A DNA stretch of 62,351 nt, the filler included, from Stramenopiles sp. TOSAG23-3 (taxonomy: Eukaryota), in assembly GCA_900128585.1 (NCBI GenBank). It is 7 parts of 7 records of this genome, joined end to end, with 100 filler letters (N's around TTAATTAATTAA, not from the genome) between each part and the next. Parts side by side here need not be neighbours in the genome. Positions count along the whole stretch, not along the records: positions 42,533 to 56,598 come from LT642592.1; positions 56,699 to 58,516 come from LT645350.1; positions 58,617 to 60,434 come from LT645351.1; positions 60,535 to 62,351 come from LT645352.1; 3 more parts are not named here. One strand, written 5' to 3'. Position numbers and translations under genes: made by a program. This document shows positions 52,841 through 62,351 of the stretch, piece by piece. Positions within the stretch are counted from its first letter, which is position 1, and every line of letters begins with the position of its first letter. The notes under the pieces are model-generated. The model searched no databases and was not told the origin of the DNA. It saw only the letters and a list, made by a program, of their open reading frames with translations.

Positions 52841-53307
52841 TTAGTTTTCGTACTTTCCAAGAATATCATCGTCACGAAACAAGTGGAACGTGTCCTCTCC
52901 AAGCTTCAACTCAGTTCCACCGTATTCTGGAAGCAGAACTTTATCTCCTTCACTGACGCTCATTGGGATGACGACACCTTCCGCGTTCTTAGCTCCTGGG
53001 CCAACGGCGATAACTTCGCCTTCGTTGGGTTTTGCTTGGGCAGAGTCTGGCAAGTAAATTCCACTCGCAGTTTGACTCACAACTTCTGCCCGACGCACAA
53101 GGACCCTGTTTGCTAATGGTAAAAATTTTCTGGCAAGAGACTATAAAGTAGATCGAACAAAAAGGGAGAGAAAAGTTAGATGGTTATCTTTAGTGTAAAA
53201 TTTCACGGCGAAACGCCACAGCCAACCAGAAACCTTCCGCTTGGTTCGCAATGGCTACCAAAGAGAGGAACAGTTGGATGCGCAAGACTATACTCGATAC
53301 TTACCAT
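52841..53307 (-). CDS. HSP10: Mitochondrial co-chaperonin HSP10/Cpn10; exons 53305-53307 (ATG only) and 52841-53140
   Basis: KFLPLANRVLV, TASGIYLP, VIAVGPG, VSEGDKVLLPEYGG and FRDDDILG. The splice is ATG|GTAAGT ... CTAAC ... TTTATAG|TCT, giving 100 aa. Confidence 0.95.
53141..53304 (-). other. Spliceosomal GT-AG intron (164 nt) in HSP10
   Basis: Donor GTAAGT, branch CTAAC at about 53174-53178, pyrimidine tract and TAG acceptor. Removal restores the frame. Confidence 0.9.
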
Positions 53308-54116
53308 GGTGAATATTTGCTTCTTTTCTAGTACAATGAGATTGATTATAAGATGCTACTTTTTCTTCCGTGTGTTCCCGTATCCACCGTTTTCTTCAAG
53401 TTATACAGAGTTTTAATGTACGAGGTAATCAATCGACCATTCATTTCGTATTAAAAAGAATTATTATTCCTTGTTCGAAGAAGAAGAATTCATTATTATA
53501 TTTATTATAACTAAAATAATTATTATTAATTTTGTTTTTTATCACATTCCTCCTCTAATAATACATAGTAATACCATTGGAGTGGTGTTTTTCATTCTCG
53601 TCCTTCTTTCTTCTTGCTTTCTTTTTTTTTGCGAAAAAAAAAGAGAATAATAATATCAATGCTGTGTTTATGTTATTATATATTAATAAATAGATACATC
53701 GTCGATTTCGTTCTTTCTTTTATCGTGTGGTGGGTGCGCGAGCGATCGAAGGCCACGTCAGCAAAACAGGTCACAAAAAGAATTAGAATAATATATATTG
53801 TAGTTATATGAAAACATCGTCCTATATATGATCATAAATAGTTCCCTACACTATGTCTACCTATATTATTTATAATACTGAATAGCAGGAACTTCGTTCT
53901 TGATTCAATTGAATTGATGATAAAAGAAGGAAATGCCGAAAGGTCCAAGAGTACTCCCAGAAGAAGAAAGAAGAACTCTTCTTCTATCTCTTCTTGTTTC
54001 TGATTGTTTATATTGTTCAATGATGTACCTGTACCGTACCGTACTGTACTGCTGCTGATGCTACTTGAGAGTTCCTCATTCTATTGGTACAGTACTACCT
54101 TTAAAAAAAATAATAA

Positions 54117-54218
54117 TTCTTCTTCTCTTCTTCTTCTTCTTCTTCTTCTTCTTCTTCTTCTTCTTCTTCTTCTTCTTCTTCTTCTTCTTTCTTCTCTTCT
54201 TCTTCTTCTTCTTCTTCT
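54117..54218. repeat. (TTC)n microsatellite
   Basis: Direct observation. Confidence 0.95.
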
Positions 54219-54554
54219 GATGAAGGAAAAAATAATAATTCATATTATTATTATTATATTTATTAGCATGATTTGATTTTATATACACACATGAGAAATC
54301 TTATCTTCGTAATAATTTACGGAAGATGCATGTCAATTTATCTTACCTGGGTGAAAAAATCAACAAGATCGATCGGAACAAACTGGTATTTCATAAGAAT
54401 AAAAAAATTTGTAAACCGATTATTGAAGGAGAAAAGATAAAAGCGTGTGTGAACCTTTCATGTCAAAGCGGCCAATCCGTCCAACCGCTTGATTGACTAG
54501 GACCTGGCGATTGTAGGGTACTTTTTGGATTGTTGTCCGGACAGATTGATTCGC

Positions 54555-56598
54555 ATGATTAACGACAGTATAAGCCACTTTTCTTCCGAAAGAAACGGGA
54601 TTAGTTCCAGAGAGTTACCAAATGTTGCAGGGAATTATGAGGGTGGCTTGACTTCCCCCGGACGGTTCAACACTGTAAAAGGCGTCGGATCAGGAAAACG
54701 AAAAGGAAAAAGGAAGAACAAGCTGTTCGGTGGTTCACTGGATTCCATTGGCAAAGGGGCACACATAACCGGCAGCAATGGTAGCCAAGTGCGTTCTTCG
54801 GGGGCAAACCGGAGCTCAGATAGGAAAAGGAATAGCGTGTTGGAAGCATCGAATCATAGCCTAGGGCGGAAATTGAAAAGGGCGTCAGAGCCGCCGCGTA
54901 GCAGTTCGCGGCGCGAAATGCCACGAAACGCTGGGAAGAATTGTGACCGCAAAAGAAAGCAGAAGGGATACGACAATACAAAAGGGAAAAGGCCCAAGAC
55001 GACCTTTGACATGAAGAACAGTTCACCAGAGTCTTATCATAGGCAATCCAATATTCCACATGAGAGATTATATGGGGGCACTGGTCACGAGCAGTCTCGA
55101 GCGTCACAAACCAAACGAGATGACGGGGCCGGTAGTAGGCAATCCAATTTTTCACATATATTACCACAAACCAAACGAGATGACGGGGCCGGTAGTGCTT
55201 CGACCGAGAGAACACACCATCGAGTAACCCGGGGAAAGTCTGACGCACAAGTTCCTTATGTGGTAGATTTGATTGGTTCGTCAGACAGCGAGACGGAGGT
55301 CAGCACAACTTCAAGGCCAAAGGAAAAAGGGCGAGAAGCCAGCCCTGTTGCTGCGGCGAAGGCGCGTCCCAAGATGAGACCATTAACAAGCAATGTCGAG
55401 CTGGAGAAGCATGTGGAACTTGTTTGTATCGGGCACAATGCATATAATGCAGAACACCTTCAAATGCGTCTACATCCCAGTGGTCTTATGATTCGTTTTA
55501 CTAAGAATCGGAAGATAGCGGCACTGAATATTTCCATGGATGACATTACAGAGTTCAAATATTCACAGCAATGCGCTGTGCATGGTGTGTATTCTGTTGT
55601 GCAGATAAGCATCGGTCGTGATGGCAAATTTTGGAAAGAGACAAGCCAAAGGGATGGAGATTTTAAGAGACCGTTTCCGGTTGACAAGGATATTGGAAGC
55701 TCAATATGGCTTGTGCAGTATAGTCACGATTTTGAACATTTAAAGAAAAAAATAGAAGTGTTTAACAGTAACTCCGACCAAGACAATTATGCAGCGCAGT
55801 TGTTTCGATCACTGTGGCAACCGTTTGATTTGGAACAGATGGAAGTTCGCAAATTGGAGGAAGCCATAAGCAAAAATCAAAACGATATACAGCAAGCCTC
55901 GGATGGCGGTACAAGGGCAAATGCCATGGGGGGGGTGCGAAGAAGTACTAGACTTCAAACACAGCAATTTGTCGCATCTAGTGGTGGAGGTGCGTCCAGC
56001 AGTGGGCCCCCTTCAAGCCGAACGCGCCACCGTAAATCTCGTGGAAATGCAATAACATTATTCCGGTACCCAATCCCCACAAAGGACGGGAAGCGCCCCC
56101 GCGTGACAATCACCGATTTAGACAGAGACAGGTGCAAAGATGATTTTTTGAACGACAATGTGATTGATTTTTACATGATGAGACTTACAGAAGAGCGATA
56201 CACAAGTTATACGGACGAATTCTATATATACTCTTCGTTTTTTTACAAGAGGTTCGTGCAAGGTCTCCGTAATGTCTATCAAGATAGCAAAAGGGCAGCC
56301 TTTGGCAATGAGTCAAACAAAGTGATTAACAAGTTTGACAACGGATTTTCATACGTGGAAAAGTGGACAAAAAATATCGATATTTTTAGCAAGAAATATT
56401 TGCTGATTCCTATTAACAAAGATTTGCACTGGAGCCTGATCATCATTTGCAATCCAAGCAAGATTTGCAAACCACAGAGCAGGAAAAAGTTTGCTATGCT
56501 GCATTTTGATTCCCTTGGCTGTCATAACAGCACAAGCTTGACCAAAATTTTGTTTCAGTATTTACGCCGCGCCTGGGACCGGCACTGCAAAGATACAG
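54555..56598 (+). CDS. Ulp2/SENP6-7-like SUMO protease (peptidase C48), 3'-truncated
   Basis: FLNDNVIDFY, SSFFYK, KWTKNIDIFSKKYLLIPIN, HWSLIII and HFDSL. The catalytic Cys is beyond the contig end. Confidence 0.92.
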
Positions 56599-56698
56599 NN
56601 NNNNNNNNNNNNNNNNNNNNNNNNNNNNNNNNNNNNNNNNNNTTAATTAATTAANNNNNNNNNNNNNNNNNNNNNNNNNNNNNNNNNNNNNNNNNNNN
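56599..56698. other. Artificial contig spacer
   Basis: N44-TTAATTAATTAA-N44. Confidence 0.97.
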
Positions 56699-56902
56699 GC
56701 TCGCTGCCGTCAGCGTAGAGTACACCGTCTCTTTCCCCGTCACCGTCAAGTCTCCGGAAACGGCAACTTCGCCTCCCATCGTACAGTCCGTGCTTCGTTC
56801 AAACGTCCCACTCGTAGACGCACAGTCCCACTCACTTGCACCCGCAGGAAGGACGCCGTGGCAGACGCAGAGGAGTGCTAAACAAAGAAAGGAGTACTTC
56901 AT
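56699..56902 (-). CDS. N-terminal fragment of a secreted or cell-surface protein
   Basis: Signal peptide MKYSFLCLALLCVCHGVLPAGA, then a Cys-paired, beta-rich segment running off the contig. Confidence 0.7.
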
Positions 56903-58171
56903 ACTTTTTGCAAACTCGTTCTCGTTTCGGAAGCACGGGCCTTGTGCAAGACAACAAGGACAGAAGTAAAGAAAGTACTGCTTCGCACTTTTCAATTGCA
57001 AGCTCGTTGTTGCTTACGTTCTCGTTGTCGTTTACGTTCTAGTTGTCGTTTACGTTTACGTTTGCGTTCTCGTACCGTTTAAGTCGGCAGCAATAAATCT
57101 CTTTCTTCCTTTCTTTCTCCCTTTCTTTCTCCCTTTCTTCTTCATAAATGATTTATATCGTACTAACTCTCTTGCTTTTCTCTTTCCTTACTCAATTCTT
57201 AAAATGATGATTATTTATTTTTAATTGACTTATATTTGCGTCGTTCTTCGTCACCACTTCGTCCGTCCGTCCGCCTCAACGTATTTTATCAAAATTACAT
57301 AAACACAACACTATAATAAATTATAATTATATAAAATAATATAATTAAAATAACTATTATTTGAAATGTAAGGAATATATCCATCCATAAATAATATTAA
57401 ACCACTTCACTTATATTATTTAACACTATGTAGTAACGCATCACGAACTAATAAATATTAACTTCACAAAAGCCAATGGCCTTAATTTTCAGAAGGACAT
57501 CAGAAGAAAAAAAAGAAGAAAAATCCATACTAAATTTATAGGTAATTATTTGTAATTATAGTTATTATAATAATACAAAAGAGAAGTGAGGATAATTAAA
57601 TATAAAATTAAATTTTTTTATTATTATTATTACTGTAGTGGTTCTATAATACAATACTGTTTCTATATAAATATTATTTAATACTGTTCCTATTATTATA
57701 GTCTAGTGCTATTAGCTTATACTCATTGGTCTGAATAGAGGATTAAATTCAATCTAAGTTAGAAAGATAAGTGATTGATTATTAAAGCCTTTGTATTTTC
57801 TTCCTACTATTTCATACACAATATAAAATAAAATAACGAAACATTAAAAATAAATATGATGAGATGATGAGATACAAGTCCATCATCACACAATGGTGCA
57901 TACCCAACTAACCAAATGAATTATTATTACTTACATCTCGGTTTACCCTCGAATTTGTCGTTCAAATGCTACAATCAAATGGAGCGTACGTGAGCCGTCG
58001 AGGAATAGCTGCAGGGCAACAAAGGGTCGTGGCTATCTTCTCGCCAACGTGTCTGTTTTATCACTTCTTTTCTTGCGCGCAGCCCAACGATTCAACTGTC
58101 CCTTTTTGTACATAATCTTGGACAGGCCGGTTCCGTTCCCCGTTCGCCCGTTCGCCCCTCCGCCACGCCCC

Positions 58172-58516
58172 ATGGCCGACATATACCGCGCCGCGGAGAG
58201 CGGAAATTTGCAGGCCCTCTTCAAATGGTTGAAGAAAGGGACCCCGGTAGACTCCTTCTTGAAAGCTACGAAAGCGACGCCGTTGATTTGGGCCGCGCGG
58301 AAATCGCACCCAAGCGCGGTAAAGCTGCTGATACGGTACAAGGCGACGTTGGACCTGCAAGACGTCAACGGAAACACCGCCCTGCACTACGCTTGCCAGA
58401 ACAAGGACGCCAAAACGGCAAATATACTAATAGAGGCCGGGGCGTCGCTCTCGTTGCCGAATAAGAACGGCCAGTGCCCGTTTCAGCTCTCGGACTTCAA
58501 CTTCTTCAAAGCGCAA
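58172..58516 (+). CDS. Ankyrin-repeat protein, 3'-truncated
   Basis: IYRAAESGN, TPLIWAA and DVNGNTALHYAC...LIEAGA. Confidence 0.88.
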
Positions 58517-58616
58517 NNNNNNNNNNNNNNNNNNNNNNNNNNNNNNNNNNNNNNNNNNNNTTAATTAATTAANNNNNNNNNNNNNNNNNNNNNNNNNNNN
58601 NNNNNNNNNNNNNNNN
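58517..58616. other. Artificial contig spacer
   Basis: N44-TTAATTAATTAA-N44. Confidence 0.97.
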
Positions 58617-58618
58617 AT

Positions 58619-58720
58619 GCCCAAACAGAGATTGCTGCCGATTTGGAAGCCATCGCACGCCGGGATGGTTTGGATTTTATCAACGTTAGTGCTCCAAGCA
58701 AAGTTAGTTTCACTGCATAG
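58619..58720 (+). CDS. Probable C-terminal fragment of an unidentified gene
   Basis: Frame is open from the contig start (AQTEIAADLEAIARRDGLDFINVSAPSKVSFTA*), has coding-like GC and is followed by AT-rich DNA. Confidence 0.45.
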   Translation, partial: AQTEIAADLEAIARRDGLDFINVSAPSKVSFTA

Positions 58721-59020
58721 GTCTGTGTGTTATAATACGAGGTTGCTCACGCCGTGACCGTTTTTGTAGGGTGCGCGGGTGTGAAAAAACTCTTTTTTAA
58801 ACATGCAATACAAACGTTAAAATTTTATTTATGACAAAAATGTATATGGGTTGTGTTTTTTATTAAAAATGAATCCCACACAACGACCCTCCCCCGACAC
58901 CCCAACTCACAAATGACAACCCTGGGACGATTCCGGTTTCAGGAAGTTGTAAAACTTTACCATTAAAATTAACACACAAACATCAACAGACTGGTACAAT
59001 AATCTTAACGAAAACTCCGT

Positions 59021-60434
59021 TTAGTAGTTAACTACTTCGCCTCCATGATTGTGGCCTCTGATGAAATCATCAACTCCGAACTTTTTCGCAGGCTTAGATA
59101 GCCCCCACAAAGGCTTCGTTCGCATAGCCGCTTCTTTATCAAACAACATGTCGTCGATAACAACATAATCTAGGTCTTCTAGTTCGCAGAGCATTTGCAT
59201 TGCTTCGACGGCTCTGTTCAGGATAGGCTTTCCCTTGGTATTGAACGATGTGTTGCACAGGATGGCGGTTCCAGTGAAACGCTTGACTGCGTTCAGCAGC
59301 TTCCAGAGCCACCCGTTCTGTCGCTTCGTAACGGTCTGCAACCGAGCCGTGTTGTCGAAATGCACAACAGCGGGCAATTTCTCCCTGTACTCTGGTTTTA
59401 CGGTTGCGGCAAAACTCATTGCGGGCGACCACGGGTTGGATTCAAATATCTTTTTCGAGTCCTCAATGGTGACAACTGGCGCGACAGGCCTCCACCATTC
59501 CCGTGCCTTCAAACGATTTAGGCGCGTTTTAATGTTCAAGTCGTTTGGGATCGCTAGCAGCGATCGGTGCCCAAGGGCACGAGGCCCAAACTCTTGCATT
59601 CCCCGGACTACCGCAACAATTTTTCCATCGGCAAGGATTTCCGACAACTCGTTGACGTTAATGCGTTTGGAACGTGCCAGCTTGGAAAGGGTTGGCACCA
59701 AATCTTGGTCGAATAGCAACGGCCCCATGTACGTCAGCGCTTGGGGAGCTGGGAGCACCGGGGGCGTAAACGTCCACACCATTCCCAGACTTTGCCCCCC
59801 GTCGTTTGGAGCAGCCGGTACATGCACTGGTATTTTAAACCTTTTTCGTAGCCGTTGGTTGACCAGCACATTCAATGCACAGCCTCCTGTCATTACAATT
59901 CCATCAACCATTGGAAAGAGCAAAAGGTATTTTGCCACCGTTTCCTCCATCAATTCTTCCAAAACGTCTTGTGAAGTAGCAGCAAGATCTCGTTCGTCCT
60001 GTACGGTCGGGTTTGGACCTAACAGCACAGGCACATCGTCCGGGGACGTAAAGCCATTGTACATGTCACGCACAGCAGCCTTCCAGGCCTTTCTAACTTT
60101 TCCCAGCGCACAGTACCCCATTACTTTCCCAGCGAGGTGCAAGGGAAATCGAGACATATTTTTGCCTTCAGGATTGACCTCCCGAACGTAAATAGCAAGC
60201 TCGGTGTAGACAAACCCAAAATTGGTAAATCGGACGTCTATGTACTCCAAAAAATCTTTCTTCCCGCCTACGCGAGCCCGGTCACCCAGGTATATTTCAA
60301 AATTCTGGTCACCGTCCCCGCCGCCATCGTAAGAGAAAACGAGTGCAGATTTAAACGGGCTGTCAAAGAATCCATAGACTGCATGGGCCAGATGGTGGCC
60401 AGCTTCCACCCACCGTTTTGCTGGTATAACCCTT
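59021..60434 (-). CDS. NodU/CmcH-family O-carbamoyltransferase, 5'-truncated
   Basis: HHLAHA, SYDGGGD, AGKVMG, TGGCALNV, NDGGQSLG, EFGPRALGHRSLL, REWWRPVAP, HFDNTARLQTV and NTSFNTKGKPI. Confidence 0.92.
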
Positions 60435-60534
60435 NNNNNNNNNNNNNNNNNNNNNNNNNNNNNNNNNNNNNNNNNNNNTTAATTAATTAANNNNNNNNNN
60501 NNNNNNNNNNNNNNNNNNNNNNNNNNNNNNNNNN
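60435..60534. other. Artificial contig spacer
   Basis: N44-TTAATTAATTAA-N44. Confidence 0.97.
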
Positions 60535-61014
60535 AAAATAAGAATTAATTTTTTACGTATGTATCATCCTAGCTTTTTAAATTTAATACGCCGCACCACT
60601 CCCACTCCTCTATTTATATTGTGTTGTTCTGAGATCAAAAATAACTTTATTTAATTAATGGGCGTAAAATATTGTCGCCAAATTGGTCGTTTGTTGGTGT
60701 GCATTCTGCGTGTATGTGAAATTTTCGAGAGAGTGTATTTTAGGGAGTGGTTAGTAATTTTTGAAAACTGGGTGATGAAAGGGATCCTCCTTTCTCAAGT
60801 AGTTGCAATCTTCAGATTCATTATATCAGTTTTAAGGCTTTCATAGTTTGCATACTAGTCTCGAATAGAATGGACTATTTCGATCGTTCGCGTTTCAAGG
60901 CCAAAAAGGTTTGTATCATCACAAGATTACACAGAGAAGGACAGGACGAAATCGTAAAACGAGAGAGGGAGACTGAGGGGCAAACACGAAAGAACTTACC
61001 ATGCGCTCTAAAGG

Positions 61015-61887
61015 TTACCGTTTGTCGCGACCAACCTGAATACCACCGCCCCTGAGAAGCGCGCCATCCTTTTTCAAGTGCGGGCTGATGTAACTTGCGC
61101 CGTGGCCATATATTTCATCCCGGACTCTCATCCATTCCATGATCGCATGCTGCGGGTCCAAGTTCTCCAGGAGCCACTCCACCTGGCAGCACCTTTCATT
61201 GTCGCACTTACAATTTCTGCATTCTCGCCGTATGTTGGGGTTGTAAAAGCACAGGTGCGTGCAGCAAGCGTTGCAGCAATGCCTGGCGTCTCGCGCTTCC
61301 TTGCGAATGCGGCGCTGCTCTACCAGGAACTCGTACTCCATTTGGGCAATGCCGGTGCGAACGCACTCCTCTCTGAACTCTTCCTTTAACAACTCTGTTT
61401 TCTCCCAGTACATTTTTTCTTTTCGTTGCGCCTCGACGATCGCCTCCCGGAGCCGGAGTCGTTTTCGCTGGAACTCTGCCTGGATGAACTCTTCTTCCGA
61501 CAGCTTGTCGTGCAGGACTGCCTTTTCTTGCTCCAACGCTTTGACCTTTCTGTCCGTCTCGCGGTACAATTTCATCTGGTCCGAGTGCGACTTTCGGTGC
61601 TTGTCCGCAAGGTCGCGCTCGAAATCTACCATCTGGTTCTTCCAGTGGTCCAGCGGGACCACCAGCGTGTCGTCGTCGTAATCTTTGTCCTGGCCCGTCG
61701 CAGCCTCCAACTCGTCTGCGAGGGCGGCACCAACGTCCACCCAAGGGTGCTGTTCCTTGACTCGTTGCAGCGACGTCCGCCTGTCCTTGTCAAACTTGGC
61801 CTTTTCGTGCGACCACGTCTCCCGCGCGTCGCCAAGACGCACAGGACTGGCCGTAGCATTCCATATGATTTCTTTCGTCACCGACAT
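61015..61887 (-). CDS. Coiled-coil protein with Cys-rich C-terminal module
   Basis: 290-aa ATG-initiated ORF with a charged helix followed by HCCNACCTHLC...CRNCKC...CC. Confidence 0.7.
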   Translation of the reverse strand: MSVTKEIIWNATASPVRLGDARETWSHEKAKFDKDRRTSLQRVKEQHPWVDVGAALADELEAATGQDKDYDDDTLVVPLDHWKNQMVDFERDLADKHRKSHSDQMKLYRETDRKVKALEQEKAVLHDKLSEEEFIQAEFQRKRLRLREAIVEAQRKEKMYWEKTELLKEEFREECVRTGIAQMEYEFLVEQRRIRKEARDARHCCNACCTHLCFYNPNIRRECRNCKCDNERCCQVEWLLENLDPQHAIMEWMRVRDEIYGHGASYISPHLKKDGALLRGGGIQVGRDKR

Positions 61888-62276
61888 GATATGTATATCG
61901 TCTGGGCCAGTCAGCCAGCGGGTTCGTCGAAAGGCTGTACGGTTCGCTACGTTCCTACATAACGCCCGTCACTCTTCTAAGGCAAACGGTAGGGGAAGAA
62001 AACGGAGGAAGGAACGAAACTCAAATGAAGGTATAAAGATGGGCCTCTGTTTTCTTTCCGTTATAAAATAAAATGCATCAAAATTCAATATAAATTAAAC
62101 CAACTACTCTTCGTTCTTAACGGAACCGCCGCGAAGGATAGAGAAAGAAAGAAAGAAGGAGAGAGAGGAGGATGATTAATAAACTAATCAATAAAATAAT
62201 AGTCGTCCTATCATCTAATATAAATATCATCATCTTCTTCTTTCTTCTTTTTTCTCTTGTATTTTTTTTTCATCAT

Positions 62277-62351
<75 letters not shown>
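62277..62351. repeat. (TTTC)n microsatellite at contig end
   Basis: Direct observation. Confidence 0.95.

Noticed and set aside
54340-54352. CTTACCTGG resembling the U1 snRNA 5' end
   Set aside because: No downstream U1 stem-loops or Sm site are recognisable.
56699-62351. Secreted protein, ankyrin and carbamoyltransferase as a biosynthetic cluster
   Set aside because: The carbamoyltransferase is on a different 1.8-kb contig from the other two, joined only by artificial spacers.

Overview
This is eukaryotic DNA from an intron-poor, gene-dense protist. It is probably a flagellated marine stramenopile-type organism, which is an inference from gene content. Single-exon CDSs of balanced GC are separated by very AT-rich spacers with microsatellites. 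The window is not one locus: seven contigs (about 14088, 14075, 14069, 14066, 1818, 1818 and 1817 nt) are joined by artificial 100-nt N44-TTAATTAATTAA-N44 spacers, and four further N gaps lie inside contigs. About 30 genes or gene fragments are visible. They include clathrin light chain, a methyltransferase-MYND protein, an EF-hand/armadillo giant, an MDR oxidoreductase, a CNBD-type K+ channel, a PKD2-like channel, QTRT2, sphingosine kinase, patatin, TMTC, an M14 peptidase, HSP10 (the only clear intron), a Ulp/SENP protease and a NodU/CmcH carbamoyltransferase. The most notable observations are: (1) a recurrent non-coding motif, TAAAAACAA(G)AAAATTGGCTGTTATT, found as inverted pairs between convergent gene ends on three contigs; (2) a candidate gustatory-receptor-like 7TM ion channel; (3) a degenerate SPOUT plus FtsJ/RlmM-like methyltransferase fusion; (4) a bacterial-type carbamoyltransferase; and (5) a shared G-rich 3' element. 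No rRNA, tRNA, CRISPR array or transposase was recognised.
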